47,623 nt of DNA from positions 1 through 47,623 of the forward strand of contig CAYISM010000003.1 of assembly GCA_964366085.1 (NCBI GenBank). The letters run 5' to 3'. Positions 37,991 through 47,623 of this stretch are shown here, piece by piece. The notes below the pieces were generated by a model. That model saw nothing but the letters and a program-made list of their open reading frames with translations, was not told the DNA's origin and ran no database searches. Within the stretch, counting starts at the first letter, position 1. Each line of letters starts with the position of its first letter. The position numbers and the translations under genes were made by a program. The stretch comes from an uncultured Gammaproteobacteria bacterium. GTDB taxonomy: Bacteria > Patescibacteriota > Microgenomatia > UBA8517.

Positions 37991-38554
37991 ATGGCCAAGT
38001 ATTCCAAGTTTTCAAAACTATCTTCAGGTAAGCGTCAAGAATTAGTTTTGGCATTTTGCCAAGCTATCATCTCTCTAAAAAACGAAGAGGAGGCGGCTAA
38101 GTTTCTTACCGACGTTCTTTATCCCCAAGAAATAGAAATGTTGTCCAAAAGATTGCAAATTGCTGAATATCTTTTACAGGGCAAAGAGTATGACTACATA
38201 CGGGAAGTTTTGAGAGTAGGGAATAGTACCATTGCCCGAGTCGCCACCTGGCTAGGCATGTCCGGCGAAGGATTTAAAATCGTCATTTCCCGCAAGAAAA
38301 AACCAACTAAACAAGTCTCGATCGAAGAAAAATACGATCCCTACAGCAGTTATAATTTCAAACGCCGATATTCCCAATACTACTGGCCCCAATTATTATT
38401 AGAAAAAATTCTTCAACAAAGCGACGCCGCTCACCAGAAAAAGATAACTACCATACTCCAGAGCATGGGAGTTAAGAAGGACACATTTACACCGGAATTT
38501 AACAAGCAGCTTTACGCTCAATCGAGTATTGCTTCCGATAGACGAACGCGGTAA
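37991..38554 (+). CDS. TrpR-like (YerC/YecD) protein with C-terminal extension
   Basis: FLTDVL.PQEIEMLSKRLQIA.YL..G..Y..I...L.VG.STIARV. Confidence 0.8.
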   Translation: MAKYSKFSKLSSGKRQELVLAFCQAIISLKNEEEAAKFLTDVLYPQEIEMLSKRLQIAEYLLQGKEYDYIREVLRVGNSTIARVATWLGMSGEGFKIVISRKKKPTKQVSIEEKYDPYSSYNFKRRYSQYYWPQLLLEKILQQSDAAHQKKITTILQSMGVKKDTFTPEFNKQLYAQSSIASDRRTR

Positions 38555-38641
38555 CTTTGGATCAGTTGATGGTGATTCTCACGGGGCAACTTTTGGCTGA
38601 TTCGTTTTTCTTTTTGTTTAACCATCTGTTAGAATTTCTTC

Positions 38642-39106
38642 ATGGCAAGAGCAAAATTGGCCGAACTTCTTAAGATACTTAACCTCGAAATTAAAAGGGT
38701 TGGAATTTATGTTGAAAAAACTAATCAGGCTGCTAATGAAATTGCAAGGGCCTCAGCGAACTCGCCTTCTCAATCCGGAGACCGAGAACACTCGAGAAAC
38801 CAAGCAATAATTACGAAAGAGAAGTTTGAAAAACTGGAGAAGTTAAAAAACGAAGTTAAAGAAGCTCTCTCAAAAGAGGTCTCAACGAAAGTTGTGATCC
38901 CGTGTTTTGTCGAAGTAAAATATTCCTCTGGAGTAACCGATTCATTTTATCTAGTCAAAAATCCCACTTTCTTAGCCAATGCAAAAATCGTCTCATCAGA
39001 ATCTCCTTTAGGAAAGGCTCTACTGGGGAAGAGTGCAAACGAGCCGTTTGCTTTTAAAACAAATGAGAAAACCCAAATATCAGGTTCAGTTGTATCAATG
39101 ATTTAA
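38642..39106 (+). CDS. GreA/GreB-family-like protein
   Basis: N-terminal coiled coil and C-terminal VSSESPLGKALLGK. Confidence 0.7.
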   Translation: MARAKLAELLKILNLEIKRVGIYVEKTNQAANEIARASANSPSQSGDREHSRNQAIITKEKFEKLEKLKNEVKEALSKEVSTKVVIPCFVEVKYSSGVTDSFYLVKNPTFLANAKIVSSESPLGKALLGKSANEPFAFKTNEKTQISGSVVSMI

Positions 39107-39118
39107 ATCATTGATACA
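39091..39118. repeat. Perfect 28-bp palindrome between convergent genes
   Basis: TGTATCAATGATTT|AAATCATTGATACA. Confidence 0.85.
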
Positions 39119-39125
39119 GAATACT

Positions 39126-39437
39126 TCACCATTTTTTTCTAAGGTGTTTTTGTCTTCCGTGCCAACCCACAATATTTGATCCCTCCCTCTTGCCGCTTAC
39201 GTGGGCTTTACCCTTCCCTCTATACTGGGTAAGACGGAAAAAAATCTCATCCCGAGTAGCGCTAGGGTGCTCAATAAGATCTGCTGCCACTGCTTCTCTT
39301 GCTACTGTCCGATTCCCGTAATGTTTCACCAAATCTTCCGCCAAATGATCAATATCTATGTCTGTTTCAAACGAAAAAAGGACATCAATCCCCATTTTTC
39401 CATCAAGTTCCGACCGAACTACAATTTCTGAAGACAT
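39126..39437 (-). CDS. Hypothetical protein
   Basis: 103-aa ATG ORF with an upstream TATAAT. Confidence 0.55.
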   Translation of the reverse strand: MSSEIVVRSELDGKMGIDVLFSFETDIDIDHLAEDLVKHYGNRTVAREAVAADLIEHPSATRDEIFFRLTQYRGKGKAHVSGKREGSNIVGWHGRQKHLRKKW

Positions 39438-39521
39438 TCTAATTCAAAATTATATATAAATTTCCTCGAAATTGAAGAGGGATTTTAGAGGCTGCCGCGG
39501 GAGACGTAGGTTTTTGCTTCA

Positions 39522-39620
39522 TTAATTCATCGTAACTAATATCAATAGTATAAAAAGAGTTATCAGAAGAAGCAGCATCAAATTCTTTTCGCTTTTTTGG
39601 GAAGATTTAACTTTAGGCAT
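39522..39620 (-). CDS. Possible small single-TM protein (32 aa)
   Basis: MPKVKSSQKSEKNLMLLLLITLFILLILVTMN, read manually. Confidence 0.35.
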   Translation of the reverse strand: MPKVKSSQKSEKNLMLLLLITLFILLILVTMN

Positions 39621-39682
39621 TGATTAATTTCTACATATTAAGCCTTCTTTGTCAAGTAAGAATTTAAAGATATAATTTAAAT

Positions 39683-40555
39683 ATGGCTGATTTATTAGGA
39701 GAAACGCTTAGTCCTTCTGTTCTGGTTCCTTATGGCATATCAGAAAGAAAAGATCTCAGAACGATCTTCTCGGAATTTAGAAAAGAAATAAAACTCCTTA
39801 CAGGATTAAACTCGCAGGAGTTTCTTAATAGAATTCTTGAAATTGAAGGTCTTTTTATGGAAAAGCTCAGCGGCTCTGAATTAAAATTGTTAGCACTGGC
39901 CTCCGAGACAATAGGGGTCGCGATAAAAAATAAAAACGCAAATTTGGGTCCACAAAATGAAAGAACAAAATCCCACGAAGCGGCTCTTGAGAGCATTGAA
40001 CTGCAGCGTGAAGTGGTCAAAATAGCTCTTGCGAACACGGATTCAGGATCTGGAAAATATAATAAAAATGTTGCTTATTACTTTGCAATTTTGTCAGAAA
40101 TTTACCGTGATCATTTTCAAAGTCAAAGGTCTCAAGATGGAGAACTGGGGATCCATCTGGAAGCAGGGTTTTTAAGAGGAATAAGGGGTATGGTAACAAC
40201 TGCTTTTTTATTTAATGCCCTTGGATGGGAAGTTGCTCTTCCGGACCCGGATTGGGATTATTTATATGACATTGATTTAATAGTAAGGACACCTCACGGA
40301 AAAGTCTTCGGAGTTGATGTAACTGCAAAAAGGTATACAGCAACAGGTGAATTAATGACACCGTTTTTTGTTTCCAGAAAGTCTCCCGAAAACGGCACAC
40401 CAGATTTTTTAAGGGAAAGTATGGATTTTTTAAGAGTAAACGTACCACCGCTTGCAAGTTACGCATCGGAAGGTTTTTACAAAAACCGCCCGCTGGGTCT
40501 TCCTAACGAGATCAAAATCAGAGAATTTGGTACAATGCTGGCACAAATAAAATGA
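39683..40555 (+). CDS. Hypothetical protein, possible C-terminal PD-(D/E)XK-like domain
   Basis: 290-aa ORF containing DWD...DIDLIV...VDVT. Confidence 0.6.
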   Translation: MADLLGETLSPSVLVPYGISERKDLRTIFSEFRKEIKLLTGLNSQEFLNRILEIEGLFMEKLSGSELKLLALASETIGVAIKNKNANLGPQNERTKSHEAALESIELQREVVKIALANTDSGSGKYNKNVAYYFAILSEIYRDHFQSQRSQDGELGIHLEAGFLRGIRGMVTTAFLFNALGWEVALPDPDWDYLYDIDLIVRTPHGKVFGVDVTAKRYTATGELMTPFFVSRKSPENGTPDFLRESMDFLRVNVPPLASYASEGFYKNRPLGLPNEIKIREFGTMLAQIK

Positions 40556-40794
40556 CACCAAAAAAAGGGCCAGAGTTTAATTTCGATACTCTTGAGAGAC
40601 TATTTCGGGCTGAACCGGAAAACATGCCGAGTGAGACAGAAATGTTGAATATTGTCGAAAACCCAAAATTACTTTCTCAAAAAGGAAATTTGGGTAGGCA
40701 AATACTTTTCTTAGCAAAAATGATCGCCTATGTACAAAACCACCCCAAGTTTAAAGAAAGAATTCAAAAAGTCCTCGATTCCCATTGCTTCTAA
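40552..40794 (+). CDS. Hypothetical protein
   Basis: 80-aa ORF overlapping the previous stop. Confidence 0.5.
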   Translation: MTPKKGPEFNFDTLERLFRAEPENMPSETEMLNIVENPKLLSQKGNLGRQILFLAKMIAYVQNHPKFKERIQKVLDSHCF

Positions 40795-40852
40795 CTTCCC
40801 AAAAATGTAATATATAGACAGGCTTTGAGCCTAATTTTTTTGCAATTAAGAT

Positions 40853-43486
40853 ATGGAAATTGGTAAAGTACAACAAGTAGAAATAACTTCAGAACTTTCA
40901 AAAAGCTATCTTGACTACGCAATGAGCGTAATTGTCGCACGGGCCCTTCCTGATGTACGCGACGGACTAAAACCGGTTCACAGAAGAATTCTTTACGCCA
41001 TGTATTTGATGGGGCTGGGATCAACATCGGCCTTTACAAAAAGCGCAAAAGTGGTCGGAGAAGTCCTTGGAAAATACCATCCTCATGGAGACATGCCTGT
41101 TTATGACGCATTAGTCAGGCTCGCCCAAGATTTCTCAATGAGATACCAACTTGTAAGGGGTCAGGGAAACTTTGGATCGGTCGACGGCGATCCTCCTGCT
41201 GCAATGCGTTACACCGAAGTTAAGCTTGCCGGAATTTCTGAAGCAATACTTAAGGATATCGAAAAAGATACAGTCAACTTCTTAGACAACTTTGACGCGA
41301 CTTTAAAAGAACCAATTTATTTGCCCGCACTTTTACCTAATCTACTTCTCATGGGCTCCGAAGGAATTGCAGTAGGAATGGCAACAAAAATTCCTCCACA
41401 CAACCTTACTGAAGTTATCGACGGCATAATCACTATTATCAAAAAGGGTAAAGTTATCGGGGAAAAGAGCCAGCAAGACGAGCATACAGATTTTGTAATT
41501 AAGAAAATTAATCTCGTTGCCTCCGGAGAACAAAAAGCGCTCACCGATAGCGAAATAAAACCAACCGACGTCAGCTTTGAAAGCGATATCACAATAGAAG
41601 AGCTTGTTCGAATTATTCCCGGCCCGGACTTTCCTACGGGTGCAGCCATCTATGACGCAAATTCTTTAAGGGAGGTCTATGCAACGGGGAGGGGAAAAAT
41701 TACCATTCGTGGAATTGCAGAAATTACCGAAGGGGACAAGGGAAAACAACAAATAATAATTACCGAAATTCCTTATCAAGTTAACAAGGCCGAGCTTGTA
41801 ATAAAAATTGCACAGCTTGTAAAAGACAAAAAAGTTGTAGGAATCAGCGATCTTCGAGATGAATCCGACAAGGATGGTATGAGGGTTGCAATCGACCTTA
41901 AGAAAGACGCAAGGCCCAAAGCGGTACTAAATAATATTTATAAACACACCAGACTTCAAACAACTTTTCCCGCAAACTTTGTTGCATTAGTCGATGGAAC
42001 ACCTCATACCCTAAATCTCAAACAAATATTAACTGAGTACATAAAGCACAGGCAAAAAGTTGTAATAAGAAGAACGATTTTTGAATTAACAGAGGCAAAA
42101 AAAAGAGCACACATTTTAGAAGGACTTAAGATTGCTCTTGATAATCTGGATGCGGTTATAAAAACTATTCGGGAAAGTAAAACCCAGGAAGATGCAAAAA
42201 ATAATTTAATAAAACGATTTGGTCTAACCGAAATCCAATCCGTCGCAATTTTGGATATGCAGTTAAGACGCCTTGCGGCCCTTGAGAGAGAAAAAATTGA
42301 AAAAGAATACGAAGAGATGAAGAAACTAATCGATATTCTTGTCGCAATTTTGAAAGACCCAAATAAAGTTTTAGAAATTATAACAAAAGAATTGATCGAA
42401 CTTAAGGCTAAATTTGGCGATAGTCGAAAAACAAAAATTTATAAAAGTGCAATTGGAGAATTTTCCGAAGAGGATTTGGTTCCCAAGGAAGAAACTTTAA
42501 TCACGGTAACAAAAACCGGGTATATAAAACGTTTACCCCTTAATACTTACCGCGCCCAAAGAAGAGGAGGTAAAGGAGTAATTGGAATGGCCACCAAAGA
42601 GGAAGATGAAATTGAGCATCTAACGAGCGCAACTACTCACGATACAATTCTTTTCTTTACCGACCGCGGGCGGGTATTTGGAACAAAGGCCTGGGAAATA
42701 CCCGAGTCTTCGCGCCAAGCAAAAGGTCAAGCGCTCGTTAATCTTTTAAATCTTGAACAGGGGGAGCTTATCCGCTCAATTTTGCCTCTCTCAAAAGGCG
42801 GAGAAGCCAAATACTTAATTATGGCCACCAAAGACGGGGATGTTAAAAAGACAGTTTTAACACAATTTGAAAACCTAAGGGCTTCGGGGCTTATTGCAAT
42901 AAAACTTCACAAAGAGGATTCGTTGGTTTCCGTTCACGCAACAGCTGGACATGATCATATTCTTCTTTTAACAAAAGGCGGAAAATCGATTCGTTTTCCG
43001 GAAGAAAACGTAAGATCTATGGGAAGGGCAACGTCCGGTGTTGGGGGAATCAAACTTGAAAAGGAAGATTTGGTTATTGGTATGGAGGTTTTTCCGGCAA
43101 AAGAGATAATCCCCATTGACAAGAGACGTAAAGTTTTCAGAGATATTTTAACAATCAGCGAACACGGTCTCGGCAAGAGAACACCGATTCATCTTTTTCC
43201 GGTTCAAAAAAGAGCCGGGAAAGGAGTTAAGGCGTCTGTTGTAAATCCTAAAACAGGACAGCTCTCTACGGCCATAATGGTTACAGAAAATATCGATCAA
43301 CTAATAATTACTTCAAGGATGGGACAAGTGATTAAGCTCCCGCTTAAAAATATTCCCCGACTCGGTCGTGCGACCCAAGGGGTAATACTCATGCGCTTTG
43401 CAAATAAAGGCGACTCAGTCGCCGCAGCGGCGGTAATTGAAAAAGATTCTGATGAAGATAGTTTGCAAAATCCAAAAGTAGTATAA
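40853..43486 (+). CDS. gyrA: DNA gyrase subunit A
   Basis: [29 protein letters not shown], GyrA box QRRGGKG. Confidence 0.97.
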   Translation: MEIGKVQQVEITSELSKSYLDYAMSVIVARALPDVRDGLKPVHRRILYAMYLMGLGSTSAFTKSAKVVGEVLGKYHPHGDMPVYDALVRLAQDFSMRYQLVRGQGNFGSVDGDPPAAMRYTEVKLAGISEAILKDIEKDTVNFLDNFDATLKEPIYLPALLPNLLLMGSEGIAVGMATKIPPHNLTEVIDGIITIIKKGKVIGEKSQQDEHTDFVIKKINLVASGEQKALTDSEIKPTDVSFESDITIEELVRIIPGPDFPTGAAIYDANSLREVYATGRGKITIRGIAEITEGDKGKQQIIITEIPYQVNKAELVIKIAQLVKDKKVVGISDLRDESDKDGMRVAIDLKKDARPKAVLNNIYKHTRLQTTFPANFVALVDGTPHTLNLKQILTEYIKHRQKVVIRRTIFELTEAKKRAHILEGLKIALDNLDAVIKTIRESKTQEDAKNNLIKRFGLTEIQSVAILDMQLRRLAALEREKIEKEYEEMKKLIDILVAILKDPNKVLEIITKELIELKAKFGDSRKTKIYKSAIGEFSEEDLVPKEETLITVTKTGYIKRLPLNTYRAQRRGGKGVIGMATKEEDEIEHLTSATTHDTILFFTDRGRVFGTKAWEIPESSRQAKGQALVNLLNLEQGELIRSILPLSKGGEAKYLIMATKDGDVKKTVLTQFENLRASGLIAIKLHKEDSLVSVHATAGHDHILLLTKGGKSIRFPEENVRSMGRATSGVGGIKLEKEDLVIGMEVFPAKEIIPIDKRRKVFRDILTISEHGLGKRTPIHLFPVQKRAGKGVKASVVNPKTGQLSTAIMVTENIDQLIITSRMGQVIKLPLKNIPRLGRATQGVILMRFANKGDSVAAAAVIEKDSDEDSLQNPKVV

Positions 43487-43501
43487 TCGAAATAACTATT
43501 T

Positions 43502-43975
43502 ATGGCAGAAATATCAGATACCGGCCTAAAACAAATGCGAAAAATGTCAGAAAGTGCTATAAAGGCTTTCAAAAATGAGCTGAAGAACGACCCGGATGTT
43601 GCTGAATGTCTAGGTACTGTTATCGAAACGGCGTATGCTGTTACCGACTGTAAGTTATGGGACGAACCTTTTTTTCTTTATTCAGAGGTTTCTCCTGATG
43701 AAAAAACTGTACCTTATGGAACTCATATAACATTTATTCCGAATCCTGGAAATGAAAAGCTGCCGCCCGATCGATTCGAGGGTTTGTTTACCCTTACCAG
43801 AGGGGCAAAAGACGCCAGAATTTCTGCATTGCTCAAAGTGGAAGGCAGAATCGATCCAAACAGTTCTTCTCACGTTGTTGAGAGAGCGAGCTTCCGGTCG
43901 TCCGAACTAACATACGCGCAAGCTATTGGCTCAGTTGTGCAGTTTGGAATGGGAATGGCAAGTAAGTTGCCCTAA
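43502..43975 (+). CDS. Hypothetical protein
   Basis: 157-aa ATG ORF after gyrA. Confidence 0.6.
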   Translation: MAEISDTGLKQMRKMSESAIKAFKNELKNDPDVAECLGTVIETAYAVTDCKLWDEPFFLYSEVSPDEKTVPYGTHITFIPNPGNEKLPPDRFEGLFTLTRGAKDARISALLKVEGRIDPNSSSHVVERASFRSSELTYAQAIGSVVQFGMGMASKLP

Positions 43976-44081
43976 AAGGCAGAGTCACTAAAGAAAGAAA
44001 TTGCCCCAGCTTCTCAAATTCAGCCCAGTGAAAACCGAAATTCCGGTTTCTGTTTCTCTTTCCTTCGAACTCCGCTAGTTC

Positions 44082-44109
44082 CACTTAAATGATATATATC
44101 ATTTAAGTA
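44082..44109. other. dif-like 28-bp palindrome A
   Basis: CACTTAAATGA-TATATA-TCATTTAAGTA, abutting the stop codon of 44110-44556. Confidence 0.6.
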
Positions 44110-44556
44110 TTACAAACCTTTTCTCAATCCCGCAATTTTCTTTCTCCTCTCAAGACTACGTTTTTTAACTAAGGCCAAAGATTTTCCTTTGCCTGGAATA
44201 TCAAATAAACCTGATAATTCTTCTAAAAGAATCCTTGCTGCATCTTTTCTTAATGCGCGCTCAATGACAGGCGACATACCTTCACTTTCATATTTGATTC
44301 TGAAACTCATTCGGGCTATTGTTGGAGGACTAATCCTTAAGGTTTTCCTGATTGTGTTGTAATCAGTTCCTTTTGCTAACATAACTGCTGCCGCAAATCT
44401 TTTTGCGAACATTATTTTTTCTGTAGGTGTAAAAAAGTTTCCTATAAATCCTTCCAACTCATTTTTGTTCTTTATACCCAAAATGGCTTCAACAAAAAGA
44501 TTAAATATTTTTTCCCACAGCTCCGGCTTAACAATAAACTTTGATACCTGCGACAT
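44110..44556 (-). CDS. TrpR-like protein
   Basis: FFTPTEKIMFAKRFAAAVML.KG.DY.TI...L.IS..TIARM. Confidence 0.8.
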   Translation of the reverse strand: MSQVSKFIVKPELWEKIFNLFVEAILGIKNKNELEGFIGNFFTPTEKIMFAKRFAAAVMLAKGTDYNTIRKTLRISPPTIARMSFRIKYESEGMSPVIERALRKDAARILLEELSGLFDIPGKGKSLALVKKRSLERRKKIAGLRKGL

Positions 44557-44557
44557 C

Positions 44558-44585
44558 TACTTACATGATATATATTATGTAAGTG
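44558..44585. other. dif-like 28-bp palindrome B
   Basis: TACTTACATGA-TATATA-TTATGTAAGTG, 1 nt from the start codon of 44110-44556. Confidence 0.6.
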
Positions 44586-44590
44586 ACACG

Positions 44591-45100
44591 TCAAGAGTTT
44601 GAAAGGAATTCTTGAAAGTTGGAGGAGTATGGATAATTGTGGTCACTTCGAGGTTTTTCGATCACCCTAATTTTCGGATTAACTTTTGACATAAATTCCT
44701 TAATTTCGCCAAAACTCGCCAATGGATCTTTGAAGTTTTGAAAACAAACTACCTTTTCCGGTGGGAAGTTTTTAAAAGCATCTTTGAAAATTTCCAATCT
44801 TTTTTCAGAAACAGACGGAATTCCACAAAGAATTATCTTTTCAATTCTGTCTGGAATTTGTTGTAATGTAAGTGCAGTAACCAAGGTTCCAACTGACTTT
44901 GCAATAATATTGCACTTGTCTTTCAAAAGAACATCGACTACATCCTGTGCTTTACTTTCCGGCCTAAAACTCTTTTCAGAATCAGTCCAATGATCCCATA
45001 AGACCGGCCTTACTTCGTGACCAAGTTTAAGTTTTTGGGCAGTTTCCAAAACCCAATCTCTATTGTGTGAAGAATATCCGGGAAGAATAAAAGTAATCAT
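44591..45100 (-). CDS. Small alpha/beta hydrolase
   Basis: ILPGYS, nucleophile elbow IIAKSVG, then D (KDP) and H (DHNY). Confidence 0.75.
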   Translation of the reverse strand: MITFILPGYSSHNRDWVLETAQKLKLGHEVRPVLWDHWTDSEKSFRPESKAQDVVDVLLKDKCNIIAKSVGTLVTALTLQQIPDRIEKIILCGIPSVSEKRLEIFKDAFKNFPPEKVVCFQNFKDPLASFGEIKEFMSKVNPKIRVIEKPRSDHNYPYSSNFQEFLSNS

Positions 45101-46063
45101 CTAGTTTCCTCCTTTTCCATGGAAAGCCGAGTGAATATCACGAAGCTGTTTATTGGTAACATGGGTATAAATTTGGGTAGTTGAAATGTTCTTGTGACCA
45201 AGCATTTCTTGGACGGATCGTAAGTCGGCTCCTGCCATGAGTAAGTCGGTTGCAAAAGAATGTCTCAGAACGTGTGGAGTCGCATCTACCGGTAATTTAA
45301 TTTTCCTGACATATTTTTTAATCATCCGCTGAACCGAGCGGGGAGTGAGACGCATTTTTTCACCTGCCTGCGCAGGCAGGTCGGCATTGAACGGATCCAT
45401 CTTGCCTTTATGACGAATAAAGACCGGTTTATAATTATCTGTTCTCTCCGCCAAATATTTCTGCAGCCAATCTCCAGCCCTTGTGGAAAGAAAAACTACT
45501 CTTGCCCGTCCTCCTTTTCCAATTATTCCAAACTCCCGTCTGTCTAAATCAATTTTATCCCGGTCCAACTTTATAAGCTCGCTAACACGAAGCCCTGTTG
45601 AAAATAGAACCTCCAAAATTGCTTTGTCGCGTTTGCCGCCAATTGTCGAAAGAGTAGGGGCATTAAGAAGTCTATCAACCATATCTCCGGATAGAAACTT
45701 AACTTGTCTATCGCTAACTTTCGGGAGGTCAATTTTGTCAGGAGCCATAACTTGATAGTCGTTTTTGATGAGCCACTTAAGAAACGAGCGAAGAGCTATT
45801 ACATGATACCCCTGAGTCCGACGGGACAAGGTTCCTCCCTTTCTGTCCGGCAAGTTAGAAAGGTAAATTCTATATGAGCGCACAATTTCCTGATTTATAG
45901 CTTTAAGAGTTTGCCTGATTCCTTCTTTAGCTAACCACCTTACCAACCTAGACAAATAGTGCCTGTAATTTCTGACCGTTAGGGGAGAGGCTCCCTTTTC
46001 GACTTGAAGATAACCGAGAAACTCATCAATTTTCCTGGCAAGTTCAGATTGGGCAGTAGGCAT
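45101..46063 (-). CDS. XerC/XerD-family tyrosine recombinase
   Basis: SAM-like N-domain, TGLRVSEL, GKG, HVLRHSFAT and LGH...TTQIYTH motifs. Confidence 0.93.
   Translation of the reverse strand: MPTAQSELARKIDEFLGYLQVEKGASPLTVRNYRHYLSRLVRWLAKEGIRQTLKAINQEIVRSYRIYLSNLPDRKGGTLSRRTQGYHVIALRSFLKWLIKNDYQVMAPDKIDLPKVSDRQVKFLSGDMVDRLLNAPTLSTIGGKRDKAILEVLFSTGLRVSELIKLDRDKIDLDRREFGIIGKGGRARVVFLSTRAGDWLQKYLAERTDNYKPVFIRHKGKMDPFNADLPAQAGEKMRLTPRSVQRMIKKYVRKIKLPVDATPHVLRHSFATDLLMAGADLRSVQEMLGHKNISTTQIYTHVTNKQLRDIHSAFHGKGGN
45362..45381. repeat. Perfect palindrome inserted in-frame in xer
   Basis: ACCTGCCTGC|GCAGGCAGGT; encodes LPAQAG. Confidence 0.85.
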
Positions 46064-46240
46064 ACTTAAAGATATTCGATACTAAGATATTAGGATATTA
46101 AGAGCAGGGTGTCAAGATTGTGCGACAAAGAGGAAGAATAATAAATTAACAAAAGCCTATAATTTTTGATTCTTTAGACCCCTAGTGTTATAATTTTGTA
46201 AGTGCGAAACATAGATATCCTTTTATCACAGGAGGGCAAA

Positions 46241-46474
46241 ATGAACGTAGGAATGCTCTGGACGGGCAGTGGTGGCGATATTAAAACAGAGATGCGTCTC
46301 GCCATCAATCACTACAGAACAAAGTTCCGGGCCCAGCCAACAATTTGTTGGGTCAACCCCACGGATTATTTTGAGGGACTTGAAGGCTTGGGTATCTCAA
46401 TAAACCAAGACCCAATCATTAATACCGGAGATCTCTGGCTGGGAGTTTCAAGACAAACGATCATCTTGAGATAA
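46241..46474 (+). CDS. Hypothetical protein
   Basis: SD CAGGAGGG before the ATG at 46241; 77 aa. Confidence 0.65.
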   Translation: MNVGMLWTGSGGDIKTEMRLAINHYRTKFRAQPTICWVNPTDYFEGLEGLGISINQDPIINTGDLWLGVSRQTIILR

Positions 46475-46516
46475 AGAAATAGAAATAACGTTTGACGATT
46501 TTTTTGTACCGACACC

Positions 46517-47209
46517 TCAATATTGTGCGACACTGAAAGTTTTTGATAACAAAAGCTTTTGAACAGCACTTACATTCGCAAACTTGGCATTAAAACCCTT
46601 GATAGCAAAAACCCTCGGATTATATTGAAGCTCGCCGGGGTTATTTGAAAGCAGAAATATATTAGTATTCGCTTGAGTATAATCCAGCACGAATTGAGCG
46701 TGTCTGGGAGAATCGTCAACATGGAAGTTAGCCTCTCGGGCAGCTACTGTTTGCGCCTTAAAAACTTCTCCGGACATATTTTCGTCCCTTCTTATGAAGA
46801 TTTGTTCATGGTTAATCCAAGGCATCCATCTTCTAAACCATTCAAAAGTAATATCCCCAGCGTTTGGTTTCCTGGAAGTTATAATTGAAAAACCGGCGCC
46901 GGACTCATGAAGTAATCTAGTTAACGCGCGAGCGCCCGGCATTGGAGGCGCGGCAAGAAGCAGTTCCGGATCATACCAAAGGAATGTTTCTAGTTCAAAT
47001 GCTATTTGTGGATCCTCTCCCAAACCTTCTGCTAACTTTGTTATTCCGTCCCAACCTTTTATATCCCAAGCAAAATATTTTGTGTTATACATTCTGTTAA
47101 ATTTATTTATTACAGAAACAGCAGACCACGCTAAAACCCCATCCATATCTAAAGTTATCGTCAAGCCTCTAAGAAATTCTTTTGTTTCCGGCGAATGTTC
47201 AACTGGCAT
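46517..47209 (-). CDS. HAD-family 5'(3')-nucleotidase-like protein
   Basis: LDMDGVL, PMPGA, ITSR, K and VDDSP motifs. Confidence 0.8.
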   Translation of the reverse strand: MPVEHSPETKEFLRGLTITLDMDGVLAWSAVSVINKFNRMYNTKYFAWDIKGWDGITKLAEGLGEDPQIAFELETFLWYDPELLLAAPPMPGARALTRLLHESGAGFSIITSRKPNAGDITFEWFRRWMPWINHEQIFIRRDENMSGEVFKAQTVAAREANFHVDDSPRHAQFVLDYTQANTNIFLLSNNPGELQYNPRVFAIKGFNAKFANVSAVQKLLLSKTFSVAQY

Positions 47210-47574
47210 AGAATTCTTGAAATTTTAGCAAAAGTCTGACTAAAAACAAGAATCAATTAAAACTAGACTGCGTGTAATCGATTTTAAGGCCTTTGTTTTT
47301 AGAAAGACGACTATCTTCGGTCCGAAAATGCGGGGATATATAGTTACAGAGTTACAAAGTTTCTTCGCTTTCATCCGCGGGCTTACGCCCGGGGTATTTT
47401 GCGAAGGGGGATAACATTTCGGCTTTTGTTCGGAAGAGTAAAAATCCTTATACTAAAGTCAGAGGAATAATAAATAGAAAATGTTAGTAAAAGTTGATAA
47501 GAAAAAATGGTGAAGGAGGGGAAATAAAAGAAAAAGACCACTCCACCCTGAACCAATTTGACTACGTCGTAAAA

Positions 47575-47623
47575 AGATCGGAAGAGCACCCGTCTGAACT
47601 CCAGTCACGTGAAACGATCTCGT
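47575..47623 (+). other. Illumina TruSeq adapter read-through (artefact)
   Basis: AGATCGGAAGAGCAC(C)CGTCTGAACTCCAGTCAC, then index GTGAAA(CG), then ATCTCGT at the contig end. Confidence 0.97.

Noticed and set aside
45101-46063. Tyrosine recombinase as a prophage or integron integrase
   Set aside because: Size and motifs fit a chromosomal Xer. I saw no IntI-type insertion, attC array or phage genes nearby.
47575-47623. Terminal sequence and the 47383-47589 minus-strand ORF
   Set aside because: Matches the Illumina TruSeq indexed adapter. The ORF starts inside the adapter, so it is an artefact.

Overview
A 47.6 kb, AT-rich chromosomal contig end, most likely from a Patescibacteria/CPR bacterium (Microgenomates-like). 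This assignment is inferred from the short PheT, the mostly SD-less genes and the large type IV pilin array. Core genes are tRNA-Val, typA, tRNA-Ala, thrS-infC-rpmI-rplT-pheS-pheT, PBP1A, tyrS, recG, rpmF-nusB(ACP fusion)-rnc-rpsP-khpA, a ~14.6 kb type IV pilus cluster, holB-like, gyrB, ppa, gyrA and an Xer recombinase. The last 49 nt are an Illumina adapter. The non-coding DNA is the interesting part. (1) There is a family of single-gene expression cassettes: two complete (15978-16991, 33716-34232) and one 3' remnant (22191-22387). They share a promoter block and large-loop terminators, their leader and trailer sequences base-pair across the ORF, and the two complete copies sit next to 17-bp-period REP clusters like those flanking a RAYT transposase. 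(2) A TrpR-like gene is bracketed exactly by two dif-like 28-bp palindromes near the Xer gene. (3) Short palindromes are inserted in-frame in gyrB, xer, holB and a pilin. (4) Heptamer repeats occur in prepilin leaders. (5) An ERIC-like ~94 bp element shows compensatory changes between copies. (6) A short T-box precedes thrS and a Phe-rich leader-peptide attenuator precedes pheS. All calls were made by eye; no database searches were run.
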